Assembly: GCA_965222375.1 (NCBI GenBank)
Contig: CBDCTZ010000016.1
Coordinates: 1,088,001-1,152,000 of the forward strand
DNA: 64,000 bases
DNA from: Polyangiaceae bacterium
Lineage (GTDB): Bacteria; Myxococcota_A; Polyangia; Polyangiales; Polyangiaceae
Direction: 5' to 3'
Shown here: in pieces, positions 16,783 to 24,617 of the stretch
Numbering within the stretch: position 1 is the stretch's first letter
Layout: every line of letters starts with the position of its first letter
Notes under the pieces: generated by a model
The model's input: only the letters and a program-made list of their open reading frames with translations
What the model was told of the DNA's origin: nothing
Databases searched by the model: none
Translations under genes and position numbers: made by a program

Positions 16783-19368
16783 TTGGCGCTGTGCCTACTC
16801 ACATCGCGAGCGGACGCGATCTTCTTCCCGCCGAAAGTGACCAGCGTTCCCCCGGTTCCACCGAAGGCCTGCAAGGTGTGGCAGGTGTGCGAACCGCTCG
16901 TCACGGATGGTAAGATCCGTCACATCGAATGGGTCGACTCGACCCGCGCGCCACTGCAGGACTTCGCGAGTGGCAACCCCACCGGCAAGATGTGGTTGCT
17001 CCAGGGCAAGCCCGAGACTCTGAACATCGGCATGCGGGTTTCACGAGGCAACGAGTGTACCTTGGACGAATGTGGCGACTGGTACACCATCATCTTGTTC
17101 GATGCTCGCCGCGACGACACGCTGGCTTTCGGACAGGCGGCAACGCAAGTGCGCGAAGACGACCGCGCCCTCGTGATCAGGCACCTGACACCAACTCACT
17201 TCACCGTGGCGCAGTATCGCGGCGTGGGTGGCCCGACTGCGAACAACTGGATCCAGACGAACAACAACGAACAGTGGTTTACCGACGTGGCAGTAGCGAA
17301 GAAGGGCTCGTTCCTGGAGATCAAGCTGGAAGTCACGCTCAAGCCCTTCGGTAGCAGTCAGCCCAGCGAGGTGCTGGGTCATGGCAAGATGGGGCTGGGT
17401 GTCGTGCACACGCGGTTGGACCCGCCGACGTTCTTCACGCTGCACTACTGGCCGGGCAATGCTGCGACCGACCCGTTTCTCAACTTGCCGAACGCGCCAA
17501 ACTACTTCATCCCCTACACTTGGCAGACCATCGAGTTCAAGCGGCCGGACCCGACACCGCTCAGCTTGATGACCTACAATGTTGGGCTGGTTCCGCTCAT
17601 CCCGGACGGGGGCTCGGGCACCGTGGAGGATTTCGCCAGCATCGCAGCGACCGTTGGTGGTCCAGATGTGATGTGCTTCCAAGAGGTATGGAACCACGAT
17701 GACCGCGAGCTTCTGGCAGAGCTGAGCAACGACCTCTGGCAGACACAGTTCCCCGGCGATCCGAGTCAGGAGATCCAGGAAGCCGGCGCGCCGGAGCGCT
17801 GCCCGCTCGGGTCGGGCAAGCCCTGCCTGCTCGCAGAACAGGTTTCTTCGGGGCTAGGTGTGGAAGACACCGGATTGCTCTTGCTGTCCAAGCACCCGAT
17901 CTTCGACGCCTCGACCCCACCCAAGAAGTTCAGCACACACCAGTGTCAAGGCGCGGACTGCCTCGAAGACAAGGGCGTGCTCTGGGCCAGGGTTGGGACC
18001 GCTGATTCCCGCGTCGCGATCGGTCCCAACAACGAGCAGCGGATCGTATGGGACCCCGACGAGTACGTGGATGTGTTCTGCACCCATCTTCAGGCGTCAT
18101 GTGACGGTCTAGCCGCTCTGGAGCCGTTGCTGCACACCATCGAGGCGAAGGGGGTCCTCACCGGCGACGTTTGGCCGCTCTTTACCTTCGACAGCCTGTT
18201 CCAAACCTGCGACGAAAACGACATTCGGAGCATTCAAGCCGCCCAGCTGGCCGAGCTCCGGGCCTACATCGAACAGAAAGCGTTGCCCCCCGACCGCCCC
18301 GCCTTTCTGATGGGGGACTTCAACGCCAATGGTCTCGACGCGCATCTCGGAGCAAGTGCGCCATACGGACAAGCCATCACCACGCTGGGACTGACCAACA
18401 TCGCGCCCTTCGACGCTGCGAGTTCGCTGTACAGCGCGCGCTACGACATCGCGTTGGGGTGCCGGGGCGCTCTGCCCTACACGGCGCCCCCGGTGGCGCC
18501 GACGACCGCGTGCGATCCCGTGCTCACGTCCGAAGTGATCCAGTTCGCGTTTGGCCTACCCTCGGGTCAACCCAAGTGGCCGCGTCTGGGCGTCGGGACG
18601 AACATCGGGGACAAAGCTTTTTGTGATCAAGGTCTGTTCGGAACCGTTGGCGATGTCGAGTCCAACCGCTACGACCACGTATTCGTGATCCCACCGCGAC
18701 CGAGCGGCGAAGAGCTGCCGATCTTCGCCATCCCGAACGATACCGAGCCCTTCGTGGTCGTCAACAGCTTCCCGGACCCCACAGAACCGGGCGAATGCTT
18801 GTCTGACCACAAAGCCGTCCTGGCCAACATCAACCTGGCACGGATCGAGGATCGGCTCAGCTTCAATCCGAACATGAAACATGACGTCGAATACGTCGTG
18901 AGCCGGGTGGAAAACTTGACCGGCGACGCCGCCGGGGGCGCTGAATTCTACGCCGACTTCGAGACCTTTCCGCCCCTGTTCAAGACGACCACGGGGGTTT
19001 ACGCGGACGATACGAACGTCATCTACCCCCACTGGCATCTTCAAGCGGTCCTGGGTGGGGCGGACTTTCGCTGGTACCGGTTCTTTCTGAAAGAAGAGGA
19101 CACGACGAGCCCCGACGACCCGTACGACGTCACGTCTCTCATCGGTGCCGCGTCGTGGAGCATGTTCAACCACGGGTTCTCAATCTGGACGCACGTGCAT
19201 GTGCCGGGCCAGCAGCCCGCGTATCACTTTTGCCTGGAGGATTTGCATCCCGATTGCTTCGACTTTTCGATTCATGGAATGTCAATCATGGTCAAGGACG
19301 TGGGGACGCAGAGCAACTTCGAGCGAGCACGGGTCGACCTCGCCCTGTTCACGAAGGAGGCGCCGTGA
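16783..19368 (+). CDS. Secreted multidomain EEP (endonuclease/exonuclease/phosphatase; sphingomyelinase-like) protein; true start probably ATG 16683, currently out of frame
   Basis: EEP motifs MTYNV, DVMCFQEVW, GLLLLSKHPI, DKGVL, FCTHLQA, MGDFNA, RYDHVF, SDHKAV; additional N- and C-terminal domains. Confidence 0.85.
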   Translation: MALCLLTSRADAIFFPPKVTSVPPVPPKACKVWQVCEPLVTDGKIRHIEWVDSTRAPLQDFASGNPTGKMWLLQGKPETLNIGMRVSRGNECTLDECGDWYTIILFDARRDDTLAFGQAATQVREDDRALVIRHLTPTHFTVAQYRGVGGPTANNWIQTNNNEQWFTDVAVAKKGSFLEIKLEVTLKPFGSSQPSEVLGHGKMGLGVVHTRLDPPTFFTLHYWPGNAATDPFLNLPNAPNYFIPYTWQTIEFKRPDPTPLSLMTYNVGLVPLIPDGGSGTVEDFASIAATVGGPDVMCFQEVWNHDDRELLAELSNDLWQTQFPGDPSQEIQEAGAPERCPLGSGKPCLLAEQVSSGLGVEDTGLLLLSKHPIFDASTPPKKFSTHQCQGADCLEDKGVLWARVGTADSRVAIGPNNEQRIVWDPDEYVDVFCTHLQASCDGLAALEPLLHTIEAKGVLTGDVWPLFTFDSLFQTCDENDIRSIQAAQLAELRAYIEQKALPPDRPAFLMGDFNANGLDAHLGASAPYGQAITTLGLTNIAPFDAASSLYSARYDIALGCRGALPYTAPPVAPTTACDPVLTSEVIQFAFGLPSGQPKWPRLGVGTNIGDKAFCDQGLFGTVGDVESNRYDHVFVIPPRPSGEELPIFAIPNDTEPFVVVNSFPDPTEPGECLSDHKAVLANINLARIEDRLSFNPNMKHDVEYVVSRVENLTGDAAGGAEFYADFETFPPLFKTTTGVYADDTNVIYPHWHLQAVLGGADFRWYRFFLKEEDTTSPDDPYDVTSLIGAASWSMFNHGFSIWTHVHVPGQQPAYHFCLEDLHPDCFDFSIHGMSIMVKDVGTQSNFERARVDLALFTKEAP

Positions 19369-20048
19369 CTCGGTTGCGCGGCGCTGGTTTGGCCACGGCA
19401 GCGGTCGGCGTGCTGCTCGCGGTTGGCCACTTTGCCCCGACCAATGCGCCAGCGTCAGCGCCGTCGAGCGTACAGCCGCCACTCGCCAAACGCCTGCGCC
19501 ACCCCACCCGGCTCGCGGTGCAACCCGTTGCTGGTGGGCCCGCAAGCTCCACCGCTCCCATTCGGGTCGATCCGCCCGTGGAGAAGGCCACCAACCCGCT
19601 TGTCCAGAGCGACGAAACCGCACGCCTGGTCGAGGCGTTGCGCAAGGCCTGGCCGAATCGGCCCAGCGCGACCCCGCGGAGAGCCGCGCCCGTGCCAGCG
19701 AGCCTGCCGCGGCCCCGCTCCGGCGACCCGAACGCGATGGAGCGCGCCTTTGACAAGATGCAGGTCGACACGGAGTGGAAGCGGTTGCGAGCGGAACGAC
19801 CAAGCCGCCCGCGTCCGCGCCTGAAAAGGCTGGGGGTGCAGGTGGCGAAAGCCGAGTGTCGAATTGGAGCATGCCGTTTCGAACTCCTCTACTCGGGCCG
19901 GGCCGCCGAGGAGCGACGAAAGAAGGTGCAAAGCGGGCCGCGGGTTCGGGCAACCGACAAGACCCTGGTGCATACCTGGGCAGACGAAGCAGGCACCGTT
20001 CGCAGTGTGATCTTTCTGGCGCGAGGTGGAAAGCTTCCGCTGGGTTGA
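19365..20048 (+). CDS. Hypothetical exported/membrane-anchored protein
   Basis: GTGA overlap with the upstream stop; N-terminal hydrophobic helix, Pro/Ala linker, C-terminal ECRIGACRFEL domain. Confidence 0.6.
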   Translation: MTRLRGAGLATAAVGVLLAVGHFAPTNAPASAPSSVQPPLAKRLRHPTRLAVQPVAGGPASSTAPIRVDPPVEKATNPLVQSDETARLVEALRKAWPNRPSATPRRAAPVPASLPRPRSGDPNAMERAFDKMQVDTEWKRLRAERPSRPRPRLKRLGVQVAKAECRIGACRFELLYSGRAAEERRKKVQSGPRVRATDKTLVHTWADEAGTVRSVIFLARGGKLPLG

Positions 20049-20062
20049 GTGAGGAATACGTC

Positions 20063-20380
20063 ATGATCATACGAGGAATCGTTTTGCTCGCTGGACTCAT
20101 CCTGCTTGGGTGCTCCAGCGATTCCGACCGGCCGGGTCCGGCGTCCGGTGGCGCCAGTGGTTCGGGCGGGGCTTCCGGCGGCACGGGCGGCACGGCGGTG
20201 GATGGCGGCGTCCAGTGCTTGAATGACCATACCGAGCAGCGCATCGGCACCACGTTCAGCTGCGGTGGCGCCTACTGCATTCCCGGAACTGGCTGCATCA
20301 AGGAATGTACCGGGCCGCAGGATTGCCGACCGGGATTCACCTGCCAACAGGCGGGTCCAACTCTGTGGGTGTGCTCGTAG
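20063..20380 (+). CDS. Small Cys-rich lipoprotein
   Basis: GAGGA RBS; lipobox LLGC; Gly/Ser linker; Cys-rich C-terminus. Confidence 0.75.
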   Translation: MIIRGIVLLAGLILLGCSSDSDRPGPASGGASGSGGASGGTGGTAVDGGVQCLNDHTEQRIGTTFSCGGAYCIPGTGCIKECTGPQDCRPGFTCQQAGPTLWVCS

Positions 20381-20398
20381 CTCGGACTCGTGGTCCCG

Positions 20399-20908
20399 AT
20401 GAGATCGCTTTGGGCCGCCGCCACAGTCATGCCCCTCTTCGCCGCGTGCGGTGATCCTCCACCGCCGGAGGGGCCCGGTGCGGACGATTGTGCCATTGAC
20501 ATCACGCTGTCAGGGCGCATCAACGATCACGTCAGTGGGCCGCAGTACTGCCGGGCTACTGGCACCTACGACTCTCCGGCGCCGCGAGCGAAGTCTTGGA
20601 TGGATGGACCGCATGGCGATTTCGGCGTGGAGCTCTTCGACGTATCTGAGGGCCAGCTCGGGACGTTCAAGGCAACGCTCTCGATCAGCAGAAACTCGAC
20701 GCCGCCGGGTGGTTGGATCACTGCGCCTGCGACTTGCGACATCACGATCAGCGAGTGGCGGTTCCAGTACGACGTGGCCGACGGGGCGTCCTTCTTCTAT
20801 CTGGGCGCAGGGACGTGCAACTCGGCTGCGAAAGCGTACGGTAAGGAAGACGGCGAGATCGCGCTGAGTGATTTCTCGCTGAAGAACTGGATCATATGGT
20901 CGCGTTGA
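20399..20908 (+). CDS. Putative lipoprotein
   Basis: MRSLWAAATVMPLFAACGD lipobox-like signal; beta-rich body. Confidence 0.7.
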   Translation: MRSLWAAATVMPLFAACGDPPPPEGPGADDCAIDITLSGRINDHVSGPQYCRATGTYDSPAPRAKSWMDGPHGDFGVELFDVSEGQLGTFKATLSISRNSTPPGGWITAPATCDITISEWRFQYDVADGASFFYLGAGTCNSAAKAYGKEDGEIALSDFSLKNWIIWSR

Positions 20909-21040
20909 ACCGAGGTGTATCCGTCGCGCGGCGATGGAACGACGTGAATTCCCGAACGAAACAGAAGATTGGCCCTGGTCATCCGAACAGAGCGCTGCCC
21001 GTTGCCCGCGCGCGACAAACGGCACAGGATCCGCGTTGAG

Positions 21041-22234
21041 ATGAGCTTCACGGCATGCATGGGCGTCCTGAGAGGCAGGTCCACGGGTCTTGCCGCGGCT
21101 GTCGTCATCGCCAGCTTTGCCGCGATGGCGTGCTCCGCCGAGGAGTCGGGTCCAGGCCGCCCGAGCGGTGGCACGGGAGGAGCCGGTGCGGTTGGAGGCG
21201 GCGCTGCGGTTGGAGGCGTGGGTGGCGTTGCAGCTACCGGTGGCAGCACGGGCACGGGCGGATCCGCAGGCAGCTATTGGGACAGTCCCCAGTGGGCGGC
21301 ATGCCTCGAGGTCGTGCGTGGTGTTTGCGAGCGCAGCATGGCGTGCGCACCAGCGGATGCGGCTTGGAAGTACGGCGATTCGGATCAGGTCAGCCGTTGC
21401 GTAGCGGCGGAACGGAAGAAGTACTGTTTCAGCATTTCGCAGCCCCACCAATCTTCGGACGCGCTGGCTTGGCTGGCCTGTGCGGCCGCCGCGGCTCCCA
21501 AACTGGATTGCGCTGACGCCTACTTCTATCCCTTCTTCGCCTTCAGAGCGAGCTGCGGACCGTATCCAAACGGAACTCAACCCGTAGGTGGCAATTGTGC
21601 GGAGGACTCCCAATGCACGACCCTGTCTTGTGATCTGTCGAACAAGTACAAGAACCAGGGCTGCGGTCAGTGCGCCGCGACGGTCGCGGTGGGAGGGGAT
21701 TGCAGCCAAGGCCAGGAGTGCGAAGGCGGTTCGCGCTGCGTTGGCGACAAATGCGTCAAGGAGCTTTCGGAGAATGCGCCCTGCGGGCCGCCCTTGGCCC
21801 CGTGTGGGACCGGCCTTGTCTGCAGGCAGGTTTCGAGCACCGAATCCCAGTGTCGCAAGTTTGCTCGGCTCGGTGATCCTTGCGACGCTAGTCTGAAGTT
21901 TCAGTGCGCGCCCTATCTGGCGCCAGCTCCGACCTTCGGGCTCAGCTCCGGCGTGGTGTGCGAAGCTGGGTTTTGCACTTGGAAACCGGGTGCGCCGTTC
22001 AAGCGTGCCGTCGGCGAACCTTGTGACGATGTCACCAACATCGACATCTGCGGTAAAGAACACTCCGCCCCCGATGCCCGTTGCGACAAGGCGTCTGACA
22101 AGTGCGTCGCCACGGTTGGGGAAGGCGAAGCTTGCGATGGCGCCCGGCGTTGCGATCAGGGCAAAGGCCTTGCCTACTGCTTGCAGGGCAAGTGCCTGCT
22201 CGCTCCAGCGAAGGTTCCGGATTGCTACAAGTAA
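21041..22234 (+). CDS. Cys-rich repeat lipoprotein
   Basis: AMAC lipobox, Gly-rich linker, repeated G..C.....C..G..C modules; start approximate. Confidence 0.75.
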   Translation: MSFTACMGVLRGRSTGLAAAVVIASFAAMACSAEESGPGRPSGGTGGAGAVGGGAAVGGVGGVAATGGSTGTGGSAGSYWDSPQWAACLEVVRGVCERSMACAPADAAWKYGDSDQVSRCVAAERKKYCFSISQPHQSSDALAWLACAAAAAPKLDCADAYFYPFFAFRASCGPYPNGTQPVGGNCAEDSQCTTLSCDLSNKYKNQGCGQCAATVAVGGDCSQGQECEGGSRCVGDKCVKELSENAPCGPPLAPCGTGLVCRQVSSTESQCRKFARLGDPCDASLKFQCAPYLAPAPTFGLSSGVVCEAGFCTWKPGAPFKRAVGEPCDDVTNIDICGKEHSAPDARCDKASDKCVATVGEGEACDGARRCDQGKGLAYCLQGKCLLAPAKVPDCYK

Positions 22235-22274
22235 GTTGCGGGCTCGCCACGTCCTTCGGCTGAGCGCCAACCGG

Positions 22275-22997
22275 TCATCGGTCGCGGGGCCCGGTTAGGC
22301 CGACGCTTATCAGCGCCTGTCTGCTTCTTCTTCGTGACCAGCCCAAGGCGCCTGCGCCGCCCCTGCTCAGGGCGAGCGCGACGCGTCGGCGCCTGCGCAT
22401 CGTGAAATAGCCGGCGGGAAATATCGCTTTCAGGGAGTCGTCGACGCGCGCGTCAAACACCAGGTGCACCCGGTCGACATCTGAGTTGTTTCGCGCTTCA
22501 TGAGGGAACGAGAAGTCGCCATACCAGGTTTCTCCAACCCGAAAGGCCACGCGACTCCCGGCCAACCAAAAGGTATTCCCCGGGGCCGACTGCACCGGTA
22601 CGTGCAGTCGAGCGAAGCCGTCATCCACCCCCACGTTGGCGTCACAGTGCTCAAAAATGCGCCCGCCGGCGGCGATCTTCATGAGCCAGGCCGGGTGCAT
22701 ACCAGTGCCAAAGCTGAGCAGAACCTCCCGGAGGTACCTCGTGTGCCGCAGGAGCGAGCAGCCCATCAGGGGCTTGTCCCGCGCCACGTGAACGTTTTGC
22801 GGATCTTCACTATTGCCGATCAAGCACACGGCGCTTCCCGCCCCTTCGTGGTAGCCGGCTTCGTGCTGGACCCAAAGGGTCGGGTCGACCCTCGCGAGGT
22901 CGCGTTTCAGCAGTGTCGGGTCGAAGCGTGGGGACAAGCGTCTTGCGGTCTCCACGCCCAGCACGGAGTGCACTCCCGTTCGATAGGCCGTGCGCAT
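22275..22997 (-). CDS. Aspartyl/asparaginyl beta-hydroxylase-family 2OG-Fe(II) dioxygenase
   Basis: HCD...RLHVPV...GETWYGDFSFPHEARNNSDVDRVHLVFD (HxD...H triad and 2OG-binding Arg); start uncertain. Confidence 0.8.
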   Translation of the reverse strand: MRTAYRTGVHSVLGVETARRLSPRFDPTLLKRDLARVDPTLWVQHEAGYHEGAGSAVCLIGNSEDPQNVHVARDKPLMGCSLLRHTRYLREVLLSFGTGMHPAWLMKIAAGGRIFEHCDANVGVDDGFARLHVPVQSAPGNTFWLAGSRVAFRVGETWYGDFSFPHEARNNSDVDRVHLVFDARVDDSLKAIFPAGYFTMRRRRRVALALSRGGAGALGWSRRRSRQALISVGLTGPRDR

Positions 22998-23255
22998 CAC
23001 CGTTGCCGCCACTGCATCGAGCCGGGTTACGACCCCCAGTCGTTGGCTCTGCTTGGTTTGCCTGCTCACGCTGCCCCGCCGAGCAAGTCTACCCCACCCT
23101 GGCTCCGCTGCCCTGCGCCTGGTCAAGTATCGACCGATGTCGCTTCGCGGACGGCCGACAACGGTCGTGCCTTGCCGTTCGCCGTGGTCCATCCGAGACT
23201 GCCCCTGAACCAGGCGCCTGACCCCCAATTTGCCCCCGGCGAAAATTGGGGAGCG

Positions 23256-24002
23256 CTATTTTTCGTTTTGGATCCAGATGCTGGCCTTGCGGGAGTCGTC
23301 ATCTAGGAGGACGGAGCGGTAGGGCGTGCCGCCGGTGCCGGACATCCACGAGTATTGGGGGCGTTTGCCCGTGTCAGCATAGGTGGGTTTTCCGAGGGAT
23401 TGTTGAAGCAGGTGAGCAAATACCGGTAGCAATCCCGCCGCGGTTTCTCCTTCGGCGTAGGAGTAGATCAGCTCGACGCGAATGAGGCTGCCGTCAACGG
23501 CGCTGAGCTCCACGTCGACGGGTACGCCCCAAGGTCCCACGGCGGCCTGACAGGTTCCTTCGTGAGCGGCCTCGGGTGCAGCAACCCATACGCCCTTGAT
23601 CTCGCCGCAGCGACTCCTCGCCGCACCGAGGGTGGAGCCAAGAGAAAACCCCCAGAACTCCCCACTCACCTCCGCCTTGCGCTTGACGGTCTTGATGGCG
23701 GGGCACTTCTTGGTGCATGCCTTGACGACCTTTTCTGCCTGAGTGCGATGCTCGTCGTCGCAGCCCTCACAGCTCTTCAAGCACGCGACCAAGTCGCCAC
23801 AGGGTCGCGCTCGCGGAGTGGTCGCCGTTGCGGAAGGCTCTTCCGCCGATGTTTCTGCTACAGGCGTTTCGAGCGCTTGGCTTGGCTCCTCCACGTCGAC
23901 GGCTGGCGGCGACGCGGGCGTTGGCGCTGCGGGCTCCGGCGGAGCTCCGCAACCGAGGAGCGATGTCAGTACTGCAACCGTGCAAATCCCCTGCTTGTGC
24001 AT
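23256..24002 (-). CDS. Putative lipoprotein
   Basis: MHKQGICTVAVLTSLLGC lipobox, Pro/Ala/Glu linker, Cys cluster, globular C-terminus. Confidence 0.7.
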   Translation of the reverse strand: MHKQGICTVAVLTSLLGCGAPPEPAAPTPASPPAVDVEEPSQALETPVAETSAEEPSATATTPRARPCGDLVACLKSCEGCDDEHRTQAEKVVKACTKKCPAIKTVKRKAEVSGEFWGFSLGSTLGAARSRCGEIKGVWVAAPEAAHEGTCQAAVGPWGVPVDVELSAVDGSLIRVELIYSYAEGETAAGLLPVFAHLLQQSLGKPTYADTGKRPQYSWMSGTGGTPYRSVLLDDDSRKASIWIQNEK

Positions 24003-24265
24003 GGCGGCGAGAGTAGCAGGGCATGGTTCGAAACTAGCCTGAAAGGCGCACAGCGAATCGGGCGCTGCCCGACGACCTGCCAACCTCCAGTTTTTGCCTT
24101 CTTCACGGAGCCCGCGCCCCGCCTTGCCCCTCCCAGGACCTCGCGCTCCTCGTTTCAAGATCTCCCACCCACGCGTTCGGGCGGGCAGTGTGAGCGGCCA
24201 GGTCGGACGCTGCGCGTGCGAGTTGCGCCTTTCTTCGTCGTTCATCCGGCGCTCATTCCCGCTCT

Positions 24266-24474
24266 CAACGTTCACGCCCGCTCGCCCACGCCCGCTCTGG
24301 CGCCCGCTCGCCCGCGCCCGCACTCGCGCCTGCACTCGCGCCCGCTCGCCCACGCCTGCCCTCCCGCCGCCCACGTTTGGCCGACTCCGAGACCCCGCGG
24401 CGGCCGCCCCGGGTTGCACCCATACGGGAATAGGGAACCAGGCTGATCCCCGGATGCGACCCCAAATAAACATC
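24266..24474 (-). repeat. Right (inverted) copy of the degenerate repeat element
   Basis: Minus strand reads GATGTTTATTTGGGGTCG, 23 nt, CTATTCCCGTATGGG, GGGCGY tract, GAACGTTG. Confidence 0.6.
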
Positions 24475-24617
24475 AATAAATTCCACAGCTTGTAATCATG
24501 ACTTCCAGTGAGGGCGAAAAATCGGTTGCGGGTGGGGGGATGTAGGTGTACTTACCACATTAGGGCACACGGCAGCTATCACCGGTCGCTAGCGACCCGC
24601 TGAAAGAGGACGACGTC

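Noticed and set aside
20510..22270. 586-aa minus-strand ORF
   Set aside because: Overlaps two plus-strand lipoprotein genes with clear signal peptides and Cys patterns; Arg/Ala-rich shadow.
24003..24476. N-terminal 158 codons of ORF 23256..24476
   Set aside because: Translates the GGGCGY repeat tract; the lipoprotein signal starts at ATG 24002.
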